A DNA stretch of 32,000 nt, from NCBI RefSeq assembly GCF_965208925.1, contig NZ_OZ242364.1:3212928-3244927 (forward strand), given 5' to 3'. Positions within the stretch are counted from its first letter, which is position 1, and each line of letters starts with the position of its first letter. The notes beneath the pieces are model-generated. The model had not been told where the DNA came from, did no database searches, and saw only the letters and a list, made by a program, of their open reading frames with translations. Below, in pieces: positions 1 through 9,276 of this stretch. Both the position numbers and the translations under genes were made by a program. The stretch is from Candidatus Poriferisodalis sp. (GTDB lineage: Bacteria; Actinomycetota; Acidimicrobiia; Acidimicrobiales; Poriferisodalaceae).

Positions 1-485
1 TACGGCGAGCTCGACCCGCCGCCGCGCCAGCCGGCCATCGAGGCCGTGTTGACGATCGCGCCCTTCGACTCCTTCAGGAACGGCGCCGCAGCGTGCGAGG
101 TGCGGAAGGCCGACAGCAGGTTGATCGACAGCGCTTCGGACCAGAGCTCTTCGGTCTGGCTGTCGAGGTCCTCGGGCCCGATGCGCGTGAGCGTCACCGG
201 GTGGCCGGCGATGTTCACCAAGTAATCCAGGCCCCCCATCTGTGCAGCGGCTGCCCGCACCATCTGGCGCGCCGCGTCTGGGTCACGCAGATCGGTGGGC
301 GCAGCGAACACCTCGAGCCCCTCCCCAGCCAGCGACGCGGCTGCTTCACCGAGCCGGTCGCCGTCGAGGTCGGCCAAGGCCACGGTCGATCCCATCTCGG
401 CGAACTTGCGAGCAGTGGCCAGGCCCAGGCCACTGGCACCGCCGGTGACAATGGTCCGCCGTTGGCCGAGATCGGCAGAAATCAT
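1..485 (-). CDS. Short-chain dehydrogenase/reductase (SDR) family oxidoreductase; the C-terminal part lies beyond the window edge
   Basis: Absent from the ORF track because it runs off the edge. I translated the reverse complement from the ATG at 485..483: MISADLGQRRTIVTGGASGLGLATARKFAEMGSTVALADLDG... This contains the TGGxSGxG Rossmann motif. Near the window edge it reads ...FLKESKGAIVNTASMAGWRGGGSSSPY, which covers the NTAS motif and the catalytic Tyr region. Confidence 0.8.
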   Translation of the reverse strand, partial: MISADLGQRRTIVTGGASGLGLATARKFAEMGSTVALADLDGDRLGEAAASLAGEGLEVFAAPTDLRDPDAARQMVRAAAAQMGGLDYLVNIAGHPVTLTRIGPEDLDSQTEELWSEALSINLLSAFRTSHAAAPFLKESKGAIVNTASMAGWRGGGSSSP

Positions 486-601
486 GGGCTTCCTCCCTCA
501 GAACCGGTCGCCAGTGGCGAGCCACCTGTGGCAGCCCGCCCGCCGTGTGCGGTCGTACAGTCAGTCAACCAGCATCACCCATCGACTCAGCGAGGAATCA
601 C

Positions 602-1774
602 ATGCCAGCCGTCGTTGACCTCGAAGCCATCGTCGTGTCAGTGCCCGCGGAAGGGAACGCCTTCACCGAGACCGACACCGAGGACATATTGCTCGTGCTC
701 GTCACCGACGAGGACGGCCGGATGGGCTTCGGGGAATGCGCCTGCGCTCCCGGCGTGCTCAAGGAGCTGATCGAGTTCCCGAGCGAGCACTTCTGGGCCA
801 ACGGCATCACCGAGCACGTCATCGGCAAGGACCCGATCGAGGCGCTGGCCATCTACGACGGCATCTACCACTCGAGCTTCTACCACGGCCGCCGAGGGCT
901 GCTCATCAACGCCCTGTCGGCCGTCGACATCGCCCTCTATGACCTGGCTGGCAAGCAGCTCGGCAAGCCGGTCTGGCAACTGCTGGGAGGTGCCCGCCAG
1001 CCGGGGGCGCGCCCCTATGTGACCCTGTATCCGGGCGACACCAGGGGCGAGCCGACCGGCGTGATCCTGGACAAGATGGAAGGGATCGTCGACCTTGCCC
1101 GGCAGTCGGGCTTCACCGCCATGAAGCTGCCCTTCGTCGGGCTCACCGAACTGCCCGATCACCAGGTGGTCGATCTGGTGGGCCAGCTCCGGGCGATGAT
1201 CGGCGACGACGTGGTGCTGGGCACCGATCCCGGATATCGCTGGACCCACTGGCAGGAAGCGCTGTGGGTGCTCAACCGCCTCGACGACCACCGGGTGTAC
1301 TTCGCCGAGGTACCGCTGCGTCACGACGACATGGAGGGGTACCGCCAGCTCGCGGCCCGCTGCCCGCTGCTCATCGGCGCAGGCGAGTTCTCGACCGGCC
1401 GCTGGGAGGCCAAGGAGTGGCTCGACCACGCCAAGGTGCCGTTGCTGCACTGCGGTATCAGCCGGGCCGGCGGCTTCACCGAGATCGCCCGCATCTCGGA
1501 GATGTGTGAACTCGCCGGGGCCCTGCTGATGCCCCACAGCTACGCCACGGCCGTCTCCGACTACTCCAACCTCCACATGCAGATCGCGAGCATGCAGATT
1601 CCGATGGTCGAGTTCCGCACCATCGAGCCGGTCACCTCGATTCTGCGCCGCGACCTGGTCCACCCGGCGATGCCTGAGATCGTCGACGGATGGGTGGCGC
1701 CGCCGACCGCACCCGGGCTGGGCCTCGAGCTCAACATGGACCTGGTCAACCAGTTCCGGGCTCGGCTTAGTTGA
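602..1774 (+). CDS. Mandelate racemase/muconate lactonizing enzyme family protein (enolase superfamily; sugar-acid dehydratase-like)
   Basis: ORF 545..1774. The likely start is the ATG at 602 (MPAVVDLEAIVV...). The N-terminal capping-domain pattern ...SAVDIALYDLAGKQLGKPVWQLLGG is typical of the family. The barrel region carries candidate metal ligands in GTDPG, FAEVP and GAGEF. Confidence 0.85.
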   Translation: MPAVVDLEAIVVSVPAEGNAFTETDTEDILLVLVTDEDGRMGFGECACAPGVLKELIEFPSEHFWANGITEHVIGKDPIEALAIYDGIYHSSFYHGRRGLLINALSAVDIALYDLAGKQLGKPVWQLLGGARQPGARPYVTLYPGDTRGEPTGVILDKMEGIVDLARQSGFTAMKLPFVGLTELPDHQVVDLVGQLRAMIGDDVVLGTDPGYRWTHWQEALWVLNRLDDHRVYFAEVPLRHDDMEGYRQLAARCPLLIGAGEFSTGRWEAKEWLDHAKVPLLHCGISRAGGFTEIARISEMCELAGALLMPHSYATAVSDYSNLHMQIASMQIPMVEFRTIEPVTSILRRDLVHPAMPEIVDGWVAPPTAPGLGLELNMDLVNQFRARLS

Positions 1775-2927
1775 GCGGCACGGTAGCGGGGTTGTAGTCG
1801 AGCAGCCCCGGCCGGAAGGGGCCTTGGGTGGGCAGGTCGGGGTTCTGCAGGGCGCGTCCCTCCTCCACCGACCACAGGGCGACGTTGTTGCCGCGCTCGC
1901 AGCGCACGTTCTGGTAGATGTCCAGCGCCTCTCCCACGGTGCTCGACGCCTCCAGCGAGCGAGCCAGCACCACGGCGTCCTCCACGGCCATCGACGCCCC
2001 CTGGCCGAGGAACGGCGTCATGGGATGCGCAGCGTCGCCCAAGATCGCAACTCGGCCGGAAGTCCACACCTCGAGCGGTTCGCGGTCGTACAGGCCCCAC
2101 TTGAACAGCGCATCGTCGGGCACCGCTCGGATCAGATCCAGCAGGTGAGGCGCAAAGTCGTCGTAGGCATCGAGGAACTGCTGGGCCGTCGCTGGGATCG
2201 ACCAGCCCTCCTCTTCCCACGTGTCGGTGTGCCCGCAGCCGATGAGGTTCATCAGCTCGCCGCCCCGCAGCGAGTAGTAGAGCAGGTAGCGGCCCGGCCC
2301 CCGGTGCATCGCCAGCTCCCGCTCACACGTGATCGCCGGGGCTGCCTCTCCTGGCAGCACCGCACGGAATGCCACCTGGCCGTTGAAACGCGCCGGCGGG
2401 CCTCCGAACACGAACGAACGCACCGCCGAGCCGTTGCCGTCGGCACCGATCACGAGCGGCGCGGTGTCGGTCGCGCCGTTGGCGAAGCGAACCGTCACGC
2501 TGTCAGCATCCTGGTCGAGCGCCACGAATTCGTGCGCTGCACGTACCGCAGCGGGGTCGTTGCCTCGCACCGCAGCCAGCAACACGCTGTGCAGATCGCC
2601 TCGATGCACCGACAACGACGGCAAGCCGAAGTTCTCCTCGACCCGGGCGTTGGGCAGGTCCGCGATGATCTCCCCGGTGGCGTAGTCGCAGAAATGCAGC
2701 ACCTCCGGGCAGCTCGACACGGCCGCCACCGCATCGTTCACGCCCAGATCGATCAACCCATTGCGCCCGTTGGGCTGCATCACGATGCCCGCGCCGATCT
2801 CACGCAGCTCGCTCGCCCGCTCATACATCGTGACCGCGATGTCGCGGCGCTGCAATGCGAGCGCCAGCGACAGCCCGCCGATCCCGCCACCAACCACAAC
2901 AACCCGATCAACAGCCATAGCGTTCAT
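1767..2927 (-). CDS. FAD-dependent monooxygenase (salicylate/3-hydroxybenzoate hydroxylase-like, UbiH family)
   Basis: ORF 1767..2954. The N-terminal dinucleotide-binding motif is VVVVGGGIGGLSLALAL, and the C-terminal FAD motif is AILGDAAHPMTPFLGQGASMAVEDA. The start is probably the ATG at 2927 (MNAMAVDR) or 2918. Its stop overlaps the convergent enolase-family gene by 8 nt. Confidence 0.85.
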   Translation of the reverse strand: MNAMAVDRVVVVGGGIGGLSLALALQRRDIAVTMYERASELREIGAGIVMQPNGRNGLIDLGVNDAVAAVSSCPEVLHFCDYATGEIIADLPNARVEENFGLPSLSVHRGDLHSVLLAAVRGNDPAAVRAAHEFVALDQDADSVTVRFANGATDTAPLVIGADGNGSAVRSFVFGGPPARFNGQVAFRAVLPGEAAPAITCERELAMHRGPGRYLLYYSLRGGELMNLIGCGHTDTWEEEGWSIPATAQQFLDAYDDFAPHLLDLIRAVPDDALFKWGLYDREPLEVWTSGRVAILGDAAHPMTPFLGQGASMAVEDAVVLARSLEASSTVGEALDIYQNVRCERGNNVALWSVEEGRALQNPDLPTQGPFRPGLLDYNPATVPLN

Positions 2928-2986
2928 TCTGATGATTACACCCAATCGGCGCACAGCTCGGCCCCCGGGCTCGACACGGGCTCAAC

Positions 2987-3073
2987 CTGGTCGCCGTCGA
3001 GGAGTTCCCGCTCAACGCATCCGGCAAGATCCAGAAGTTCCTGCTGCGCGAGCGCTACGACGCTCAGGTCTAG
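2987..3073 (+). pseudogene. Remnant of the C-terminus of an AMP-dependent acyl-CoA synthetase/ligase
   Basis: My translation of 2987..3073 is LVAVEEFPLNASGKIQKFLLRERYDAQV*. This matches the conserved C-terminal (A10) motif FP.T.SGKIQKF.LRE of adenylate-forming ligases. The frame opens only at the TGA at 2933-2935. The space where the other ~500 codons should lie is occupied by the oppositely oriented monooxygenase gene. Confidence 0.55.
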
Positions 3074-3083
3074 CCGACGCTGG

Positions 3084-4109
3084 TCACGTCGTCCGGGTGA
3101 CCTTGGTGATCCCTTGTGGCGAGTCTGGATCCCGACCCTTGAAACCGGTCAGGTAGTAGGTGAACAGCTGGGCCGCCACGACGGCGGGGATCGGGCTCAG
3201 CCACTCGGAAATCGGAGCAATCGGGATCGCTGCGCCAGCGAGCGCCAGCGTTTGAGCGTCGTCTGAGATGACTGCGAGTTTCGCTCCGTAGTCGCGACGC
3301 AGATGCTCGAGGAGCTCATGGACTCCCCGAAGTGGGGCGCCAGATGGAGCGACGGCCAGGACGGGGAGGCCATCGGCCACCAGCGCGACGGGGCCATGCA
3401 GGAAGTCAGCGGTCGAGAACGGCATCGCACAGATACCCACCAGTTCCTGGAGCTTCAGCGCCCACTCGAATGCGGTCGAGAGATTGAATCCGCGTCCGAT
3501 GACGGCGGCCGACGCATCGTCAGAAAATCGGCTTGCAGCATGAGCGATCTGTTCACCGGAGGCGAGCACGCGAGCGACATCATCGGCAACGCGCGAGAGA
3601 CCGGCATAGTCTCCGCCCATCGCAGCGGCGATGAGCGCAACCGCGGCAAGTTGAGAGGTGTACGTCTTGGTCGCAGCAGTCGCCCGTTCCTCGCCGGATT
3701 CGAGCTCGAAGCACAGGTCTGCGACCATGGCGAGAGGCGAGTCCGGATGATTGGTGATGGCAACAGTGGGCCGCCGCTGGCACCGGGCCTCCCGGAGCAC
3801 TGCAACAAGGTCAGGCGACTCACCGGATTGAGAGATACCAATGACGATCGCTCTGTCGAGCCGAGGCGGCCGCTGATACAGCGTGTAGAGCGACGGCGTC
3901 GCGAGCGCTACCTGGAGACGGTGCCGGGACCCCCAGACGTACTGCGCATACCGAGCTGCGTTGTCAGATGTGCCCCGGGCGGCGATGACCACGGATGCGG
4001 TGTCGGCTGCACCGATGAGTGCGGCGACTTCGCCGGCGACTGATCGGTTCGAGTCGAGCATTCGGCGGACGGTGTCGGGCTGTTCGTGGATCTCATCCCA
4101 GAGGCTCAT
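3084..4109 (-). CDS. Two-SIS-domain sugar-phosphate isomerase/deaminase (GlmS isomerase-domain-like; candidate NagB-II glucosamine-6-P deaminase)
   Basis: 341 aa: MSLWDEIHEQPDTV...VVIAARGTSDNAARYAQYV...IGISQSGESPD... The pattern resembles AgaS, FrlB and the GlmS C-terminal domain. It is the last gene of the amino-sugar operon, and its start overlaps the anmK stop (ATGA at 4106-4109). Confidence 0.75.
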   Translation of the reverse strand: MSLWDEIHEQPDTVRRMLDSNRSVAGEVAALIGAADTASVVIAARGTSDNAARYAQYVWGSRHRLQVALATPSLYTLYQRPPRLDRAIVIGISQSGESPDLVAVLREARCQRRPTVAITNHPDSPLAMVADLCFELESGEERATAATKTYTSQLAAVALIAAAMGGDYAGLSRVADDVARVLASGEQIAHAASRFSDDASAAVIGRGFNLSTAFEWALKLQELVGICAMPFSTADFLHGPVALVADGLPVLAVAPSGAPLRGVHELLEHLRRDYGAKLAVISDDAQTLALAGAAIPIAPISEWLSPIPAVVAAQLFTYYLTGFKGRDPDSPQGITKVTRTT

Positions 4110-5311
4110 CGTCCGGCAGCGATCATGATGCGGGCTGGGCGCGGCCGGTGGAATGCCACATCGACGCCTCCAATTGGAGCCGTCGCACCCGGCACGATCA
4201 CACCGAGTCCGCGCTCGCTCGCCGCTCCGGTGCAGCTTGCGACCGTCACGGAATATCCATGAGCCATCAGTGCCGCGAACATGGCGAAGAACACGGCTTC
4301 CTTCGCATCGTTGGGCACCCCGTAGTCCTCCATCGTCGTGACCCGCGCAGGCGCGAGCGCATCGGCGATGTGCCTCATGAGGAGCGGATTGCTGGTGCCT
4401 CCGCCGGCCGCCACAACCTCGGTGATTCCCCGCCGGCGCAGATCATCACCGATCACCTTCGCCGCGTGGTGGGTCGTCGTGGCCACGACATCGTTCGCTT
4501 CCACCGGACCAACTGCGTCCAGCGCAGCGTCGAGATAGCGAGCACTGAACAGTTCCTTGCCGGTGGACTTCGGGGGGTCCAGTGCGTAGTAGGGCTCGTC
4601 CAAGAGGTGCGACAGCAGCGCCGGGTTGACGTGCCCGGCGGCCGCGCGGGCGCCGTTCGCGTCGTACGACTCGCTCCCGTCGCTAGCCCACTGGGTGGCG
4701 ATGTCAATCAGCGCGTTGGCAGGACCGATGTCATAGGCGATCGGTTCTGATTCGTCAACGAGGGTGACGTTGGAGATTCCTCCGAGATTGAGCGCGGCCC
4801 GAGGTCCTCCCTCGCGCCCGCGAAGCAGCATGACGTCGAACGATGAGGCCAGAGGTGCGCCGTGCCCCCCGGCAGCAATGTCAGCAGCTCGAAAATCGGC
4901 GATGACGGGGAGTCCAGTGGCCTCGACGATCCAGGCTGGCTGGCCGAGCTGGAGCGAGCCCATCGCTTGCCGATTTTCTACCCAGTGGAACACCGTCTGA
5001 CCGTGGGAACCGATCAGCTCGGCTGAGCCGCCGGCTATCTCATCGTTGGCCCGTGCCGCCGCGGTGGCGAAGGCCTGGCCGATCCTGGTATCGAGCTTGC
5101 AGACGTCTTCTATCGAGACTTGAGCGGGCGGCAGTACCGCCGCAATCTGGGCCGTCAGGCCTTCGGGATAGTCGTAGGAAGCACTTCCCACGATGCTCAG
5201 ACTCACCACATCGTCCGCGACCCCGACGTCGACAACGGCCACATCGATGCCGTCGAATGACGTGCCGGAGATCATGCCGATGGTGCGGAGCGGGCGGTCG
5301 GATTGCGTCAT
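4106..5311 (-). CDS. anmK: Anhydro-N-acetylmuramic acid kinase
   Basis: 401 aa. The N-terminal signature IGMISGTSFDGIDVAVVD and the overall length fit AnmK. ATGA overlap with the nagA stop at 5308-5311. Confidence 0.9.
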   Translation of the reverse strand: MTQSDRPLRTIGMISGTSFDGIDVAVVDVGVADDVVSLSIVGSASYDYPEGLTAQIAAVLPPAQVSIEDVCKLDTRIGQAFATAAARANDEIAGGSAELIGSHGQTVFHWVENRQAMGSLQLGQPAWIVEATGLPVIADFRAADIAAGGHGAPLASSFDVMLLRGREGGPRAALNLGGISNVTLVDESEPIAYDIGPANALIDIATQWASDGSESYDANGARAAAGHVNPALLSHLLDEPYYALDPPKSTGKELFSARYLDAALDAVGPVEANDVVATTTHHAAKVIGDDLRRRGITEVVAAGGGTSNPLLMRHIADALAPARVTTMEDYGVPNDAKEAVFFAMFAALMAHGYSVTVASCTGAASERGLGVIVPGATAPIGGVDVAFHRPRPARIMIAAGR

Positions 5312-6417
5312 CGTTCATAGACCTCAGTGCCGGCGACAAGGGTGGAGTAGATCTCGAGATCGAGGTCGGTGATGACGACGTCGGCAACAGCACCCGGGGC
5401 GATGCTGGCGTGCTCGGGTCGCTGCAAGAGCGCCCACGGCGCGAGCGTTGCCGCGCGGACTGCGTCAACGAAGCTGACGCCGAGCTCCAGAAGTGAGCGA
5501 ATGGCCTCGGGCATTGTGAGCGTTGAACCTGCCATGACCCCGTCGGGCCGCCGGGCTACGCCGTCGACGACGGTGATGCTCTCGCCGCCGAGGGTGTAGC
5601 TGCCGTCACCGCAGCCAGCGCCGGCAGACGCGTCGGTCACCAGTACCACGCGGTGCCCGGCCAAGTCGGTGACCATCTTCATGATGGTCGGGGCGACGTG
5701 AAGCCCGTCGGCGATCAAACCGATGAACGCATCAGCATGCATCAGCACAGCAGCGGCGATGCCTGGCTCGCGATGATGAATCGACCGCATCGCGTTGAAC
5801 ATGTGGGTGACGGCGGTGCCGCCTGCGTCGAAGCCCGCGAGCGCCTGCTCTTCAGTGGCCTCGGTGTGTCCGAATGACACGGTCACGCCGCCCTCGCGGA
5901 GGACGCGGATCATGTCAAGCGCCCCGGGCAGCTCCGGGGCGAGCGTCACCATCCGCAGGTCGGTCACCTCGTCGAGAAGGCGGCGCGCAAGACCCGCACT
6001 GGGGCCGAGGACATGGTTGCTCCTGTGCGCTCCCGCTCGGTCTGGATTGATCGCAGGGCCCTCGAGATGGATGCCACGAAGTCGAGCACCGGATGCGACG
6101 CCCTGGCCACCCGCGATCGCGTTGGCCTGAGCGATCGTGCGATCGAGTGAGCCAGTGATGAGGGTGGCGAGGAAGCTGGTCACGCCGGTGCGCGCGAGTG
6201 CCGTACTGGCTGCCGCCAGTTCATGCCCGCCGGCAGTAGAGAAATCGATGCCGGCGAATCCGTTCACCTGGATGTCCAGAAACCCGGGAACAGCGATGCG
6301 GCCGGTCCCGGCACCCTCGCCGATGCCGACTGCGTGAATCCGTCCATCGGCGACCGCCACGTCACCACGGACGAGTTCTGCGCCGAGGACGGCTGCGTCG
6401 ACACCCAGCTTGTTCAT
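5308..6417 (-). CDS. nagA: N-acetylglucosamine-6-phosphate deacetylase
   Basis: ORF 5308..6537. The likely start is the ATG at 6417 (MNKLGVDAAV), 4 nt overlapping the upstream ATPase stop. Family motifs seen: FLDIQVNGFAGIDF, IHLEGPAINP, SFGHTEAT and VTHMFNAM. Confidence 0.9.
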   Translation of the reverse strand: MNKLGVDAAVLGAELVRGDVAVADGRIHAVGIGEGAGTGRIAVPGFLDIQVNGFAGIDFSTAGGHELAAASTALARTGVTSFLATLITGSLDRTIAQANAIAGGQGVASGARLRGIHLEGPAINPDRAGAHRSNHVLGPSAGLARRLLDEVTDLRMVTLAPELPGALDMIRVLREGGVTVSFGHTEATEEQALAGFDAGGTAVTHMFNAMRSIHHREPGIAAAVLMHADAFIGLIADGLHVAPTIMKMVTDLAGHRVVLVTDASAGAGCGDGSYTLGGESITVVDGVARRPDGVMAGSTLTMPEAIRSLLELGVSFVDAVRAATLAPWALLQRPEHASIAPGAVADVVITDLDLEIYSTLVAGTEVYER

Positions 6418-7385
6418 TGCTCGATGATCTCCGCGGCGAGATGGCAGGCGACCAAGCGATCGGCCACCGCTCGAAGGACCGGGCTCTCCTGCGAGCACAG
6501 TGCGGTGGCGTGCGGGCAGCGGGGGTGAAAGGCACAACCGGAAGGCGGATCGGCCGGGTTCGGGATCTCGCCCAGCACAGGTGTCTCCTGCGGCCCGGCT
6601 TGGTCGTCAAGTCGCATGTGCGGGACCGCGCCGAGCAGGGCGCGGGTGTACGGATGGACGGGATCGTCGGAGACCTGCCTCCAGGTGCCGAGCTCCTGGA
6701 TGGTCCCGACGTACATGACAGCGATGCGATCCGCGATGTGACGGACGACGCCGAGGTCATGGCTGATGAAGACATAGGTCAGGTCCAGCTGTTCGCGCAA
6801 CGCCACCATCAGATTGATGATCTCGGCTTGGACTGACACATCCAGCGAGGACACTGACTCGTCGAAGATGACGATCGAAGGTTCGATGGCCAATGCACGG
6901 GCAATGCCGACCCGTTGACGTTGGCCGCCCGACAGCTCTGAGGGATAGCGCGAGGCGAATCCAGAGTCGAGACCGACCAGGCCGAGGAGCTCGTCGACCC
7001 GCTCTGCCCGGGCGGCTGGCGATTCGACGAGCTTGTGGACCTTCAAGACCTCCTCCACGGCGGTTCCCACCCGACGCCGGGGATTCAGCGATGCGTAAGG
7101 GTCCTGGAAGACCATCTGGACGCTCCTGCGCAGCTGCCGGAGTTCTTGGCCGCCTATGTGGGTGACGTCATCACCGAGGATCTCGATCGTGCCGGTCGTG
7201 GGTTCGTCGAGGCGGGCGATCAGACGGGCCAGCGTGGACTTGCCGCAGCCGGACTCTCCGACAACACCCAGCGTCTCACCTGGTTCGATGCTGAGCGAGA
7301 TACCTCGCAGGGCTTGGATCGGGGCCGAGCGTCGGTTCCGCCGGAAGCTCCGGCTCAGCTCTCGCACGCTCACCGCCGCAGTCAC
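6414..7385 (-). CDS. Peptide/nickel-family ABC transporter ATP-binding protein (DppF/OppF-like)
   Basis: Walker A is GESGCGKST, the signature is LSGGQRQRV, and Walker B is IVIFDESVSSLD. The C-terminal oligopeptide-type extension carries Cys motif C-x5-C-x6-C-x16-C. The start is probably the GTG at 7385, in a GTGA overlap with the upstream stop. Confidence 0.85.
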   Translation of the reverse strand: MTAAVSVRELSRSFRRNRRSAPIQALRGISLSIEPGETLGVVGESGCGKSTLARLIARLDEPTTGTIEILGDDVTHIGGQELRQLRRSVQMVFQDPYASLNPRRRVGTAVEEVLKVHKLVESPAARAERVDELLGLVGLDSGFASRYPSELSGGQRQRVGIARALAIEPSIVIFDESVSSLDVSVQAEIINLMVALREQLDLTYVFISHDLGVVRHIADRIAVMYVGTIQELGTWRQVSDDPVHPYTRALLGAVPHMRLDDQAGPQETPVLGEIPNPADPPSGCAFHPRCPHATALCSQESPVLRAVADRLVACHLAAEIIEQ

Positions 7386-8359
7386 GACGCAACCTCGATC
7401 GGAACCCAGCACGAGTAGGAGTGGCGAGGTGTGCCGGCTTCGACGGCAGGCATGACGCCACACGATTCGATGGCGTCGACACAGCGCGTCCGAAAGGGGC
7501 AGCCGGTCTGTATGTCGTCGAGGCGGGGCGGCCCGCCCGGGATCTGAGCCAACCGCTCTCGGACCTGAGCATGGCGTTCAGGGAACGCCTTGAGGAGCGC
7601 CGCTGTGTAGCGGTGTCTCGGGGATGTCAGCACGTCAACAACCGGACCCTGCTCGACGATGCGCCCGCCGTACATGACGACGATCCGGTCGACGAGGTTT
7701 GACACCAGAGCGAGGTCGTGCGTGACCCACACGATCGCCGTGTTCTTGGCCGCATGCAGTTCGCGTACCAACGTCAGGATCTGGGCCTGGATCGTGACGT
7801 CGAGCGCAGTCGTCGGCTCGTCGAAGATGATCAGCTCCGGTTCCATCGCGAGCGCCATCGCAATCATCACCCGCTGGCGCATGCCCCCAGAGAGCTGGTG
7901 GGGAAATGACTTCGCAATCCGCTGGGGATCGGGGATGCCGACGTCTCCCAGCACCCGCCGAACGGTGTCGTCCACTCCCGGACCCTCAGCGCCATGAGCA
8001 CGCAGGCCCTCGGCGATCTGGGCACCGACACGCATGACAGGATTCAGGGCCGACATCGGATCTTGATAGACCATCGCCAGCCGCGAGCCGCGAATGCGCT
8101 GGTAGTCGCGTTCGGCGAGTCCGGCGAGCTGGACGCCCGCGAACACGGCACTGCCCGAGGTGATGCTCACATTCGGCGGCAGCAGGCCCATGATCGACAG
8201 CATCGTGATGGACTTGCCCGAGCCGCTTTCGCCGACGAATCCCACTTTCTCGCCAGGCTCAATGTCGAGGGTCACACCTTGGACGAGATGGCGCATCTCA
8301 TCACCGGCCGAGATCGACGCAGTGAGCTCCTCGAGACGCAACACGGGCGCGGCGGTCAC
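7382..8359 (-). CDS. Peptide/nickel-family ABC transporter ATP-binding protein (DppD/OppD-like)
   Basis: Walker A is GESGSGKS, the signature is LSGGMRQRV, and Walker B is LIIFDEPTTALD. The C-terminal extension carries C-x5-C-x6-C-x17-C. GTG start in a GTGA overlap with the murQ stop at 8356-8359. Confidence 0.85.
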   Translation of the reverse strand: MTAAPVLRLEELTASISAGDEMRHLVQGVTLDIEPGEKVGFVGESGSGKSITMLSIMGLLPPNVSITSGSAVFAGVQLAGLAERDYQRIRGSRLAMVYQDPMSALNPVMRVGAQIAEGLRAHGAEGPGVDDTVRRVLGDVGIPDPQRIAKSFPHQLSGGMRQRVMIAMALAMEPELIIFDEPTTALDVTIQAQILTLVRELHAAKNTAIVWVTHDLALVSNLVDRIVVMYGGRIVEQGPVVDVLTSPRHRYTAALLKAFPERHAQVRERLAQIPGGPPRLDDIQTGCPFRTRCVDAIESCGVMPAVEAGTPRHSYSCWVPIEVAS

Positions 8360-9276
8360 GGCTGCGAGTCCTCTAGCGCCAACCGGAGATGGCCGTCATG
8401 GGCCAGAAGCAATGTCGTGGCCGCACCTGCATCGAGACCAGTGGCAACCATGACCACCGCGATCTTGGCCTTGCCGCCCGCGGCATCGAGGGCCCTGATG
8501 GCGTCGTCCGTTGATGCTCCGGTGATCTCGCTGATGATCGCTGCGGCGCGCGCTCGGAGTTTGTCGTTCGATACCCGCACGTCGATCATCAAGTTGCCGT
8601 AGGTGCGGCCGAGCCGGATCATCGAGACTGTCGACAGCATGTTCAGCACCAGCTTCTGTGCGGTGCCGGCCTTGAGCCGGGTGGAGCCGGCCACGAGCTC
8701 GGGGCCGGTAGCGATGTCGATGCCGACCTGGGCGAGCGAGGACAGCGGAGAGTTTTCGTTGTTCGCAATGCCCACGGTCGAGGCACCCCGCGCCCGAGCA
8801 GTCTCGATCGCGCCGAGCACATACGGGGTGCGCCCGCTGGCCGAGATTCCAACCACGACGTCATCGGGCCCCGCTTCGAGCATGGACATGGCGTCGCAGC
8901 CTGCGTCGTAGTCGTCCTCGGCCGCTTCGACCGCGCGAGCAACGGCGTCGGTCCCGCCTGCGACCACCGCGAGCACCTTCTCTGGCTCGACGCTGAACGT
9001 CGGCCCGCATTCCGCTGCGTCAAGCACGCCCAGACGCCCCGCCGAGCCGGCTCCGGCGTAGATGAGGCGTCCGCCTGCTCGCAGACTGTCGACGATCACC
9101 TCGATCGCCGCCGTGATCTCGTCGGTGCGAGCCCTGACGGCCTCGATGACACCACGGTCGAGATCGTTCATCGCCGCGACGATGTCGCGCGTCTCCCAGA
9201 GGTCCAGATCTCGGTGGGCATCGCTTCGGCGCTCGGTCGACAGACCCGCGAGGTGCTCATTGATCCTGGTCATCAT
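8356..9276 (-). CDS. murQ: N-acetylmuramic acid 6-phosphate etherase
   Basis: ORF 8356..9495. The likely start is the ATG at 9276 (MMTRINEHLAGLSTERR...), overlapping the permease stop (ATGA). The SIS-domain pattern GGRLIYAGAGSAGRLGVLDAAECGPTFSV and the later GISASGRTPYV are typical of MurQ. Confidence 0.9.
   Translation of the reverse strand: MMTRINEHLAGLSTERRSDAHRDLDLWETRDIVAAMNDLDRGVIEAVRARTDEITAAIEVIVDSLRAGGRLIYAGAGSAGRLGVLDAAECGPTFSVEPEKVLAVVAGGTDAVARAVEAAEDDYDAGCDAMSMLEAGPDDVVVGISASGRTPYVLGAIETARARGASTVGIANNENSPLSSLAQVGIDIATGPELVAGSTRLKAGTAQKLVLNMLSTVSMIRLGRTYGNLMIDVRVSNDKLRARAAAIISEITGASTDDAIRALDAAGGKAKIAVVMVATGLDAGAATTLLLAHDGHLRLALEDSQP

Noticed and set aside
93-770. A 225-aa plus-strand ORF spanning the first 770 nt.
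   Set aside because: It overlaps the minus-strand SDR gene, which has a clear TGGASGLG motif, and the start of the enolase-family gene. Its translation is low-complexity and has no motif.
638-1663. Many long ORFs in the track lie antisense to, or out of frame with, the called genes. Examples are 638..1663 (-), 1824..3266 (+), 9214..9999 (+), 13674..14525 (-), 14541..15533 (+), 15494..16696 (+), 18701..19486 (+), 21043..21741 (+) and 27170..27874 (+).
   Set aside because: Their translations are Arg/Pro/Gly/Ala-rich with no recognisable motifs. Each overlaps a gene with clear family signatures on the other strand or frame. These are the usual shadow ORFs of high-GC DNA.
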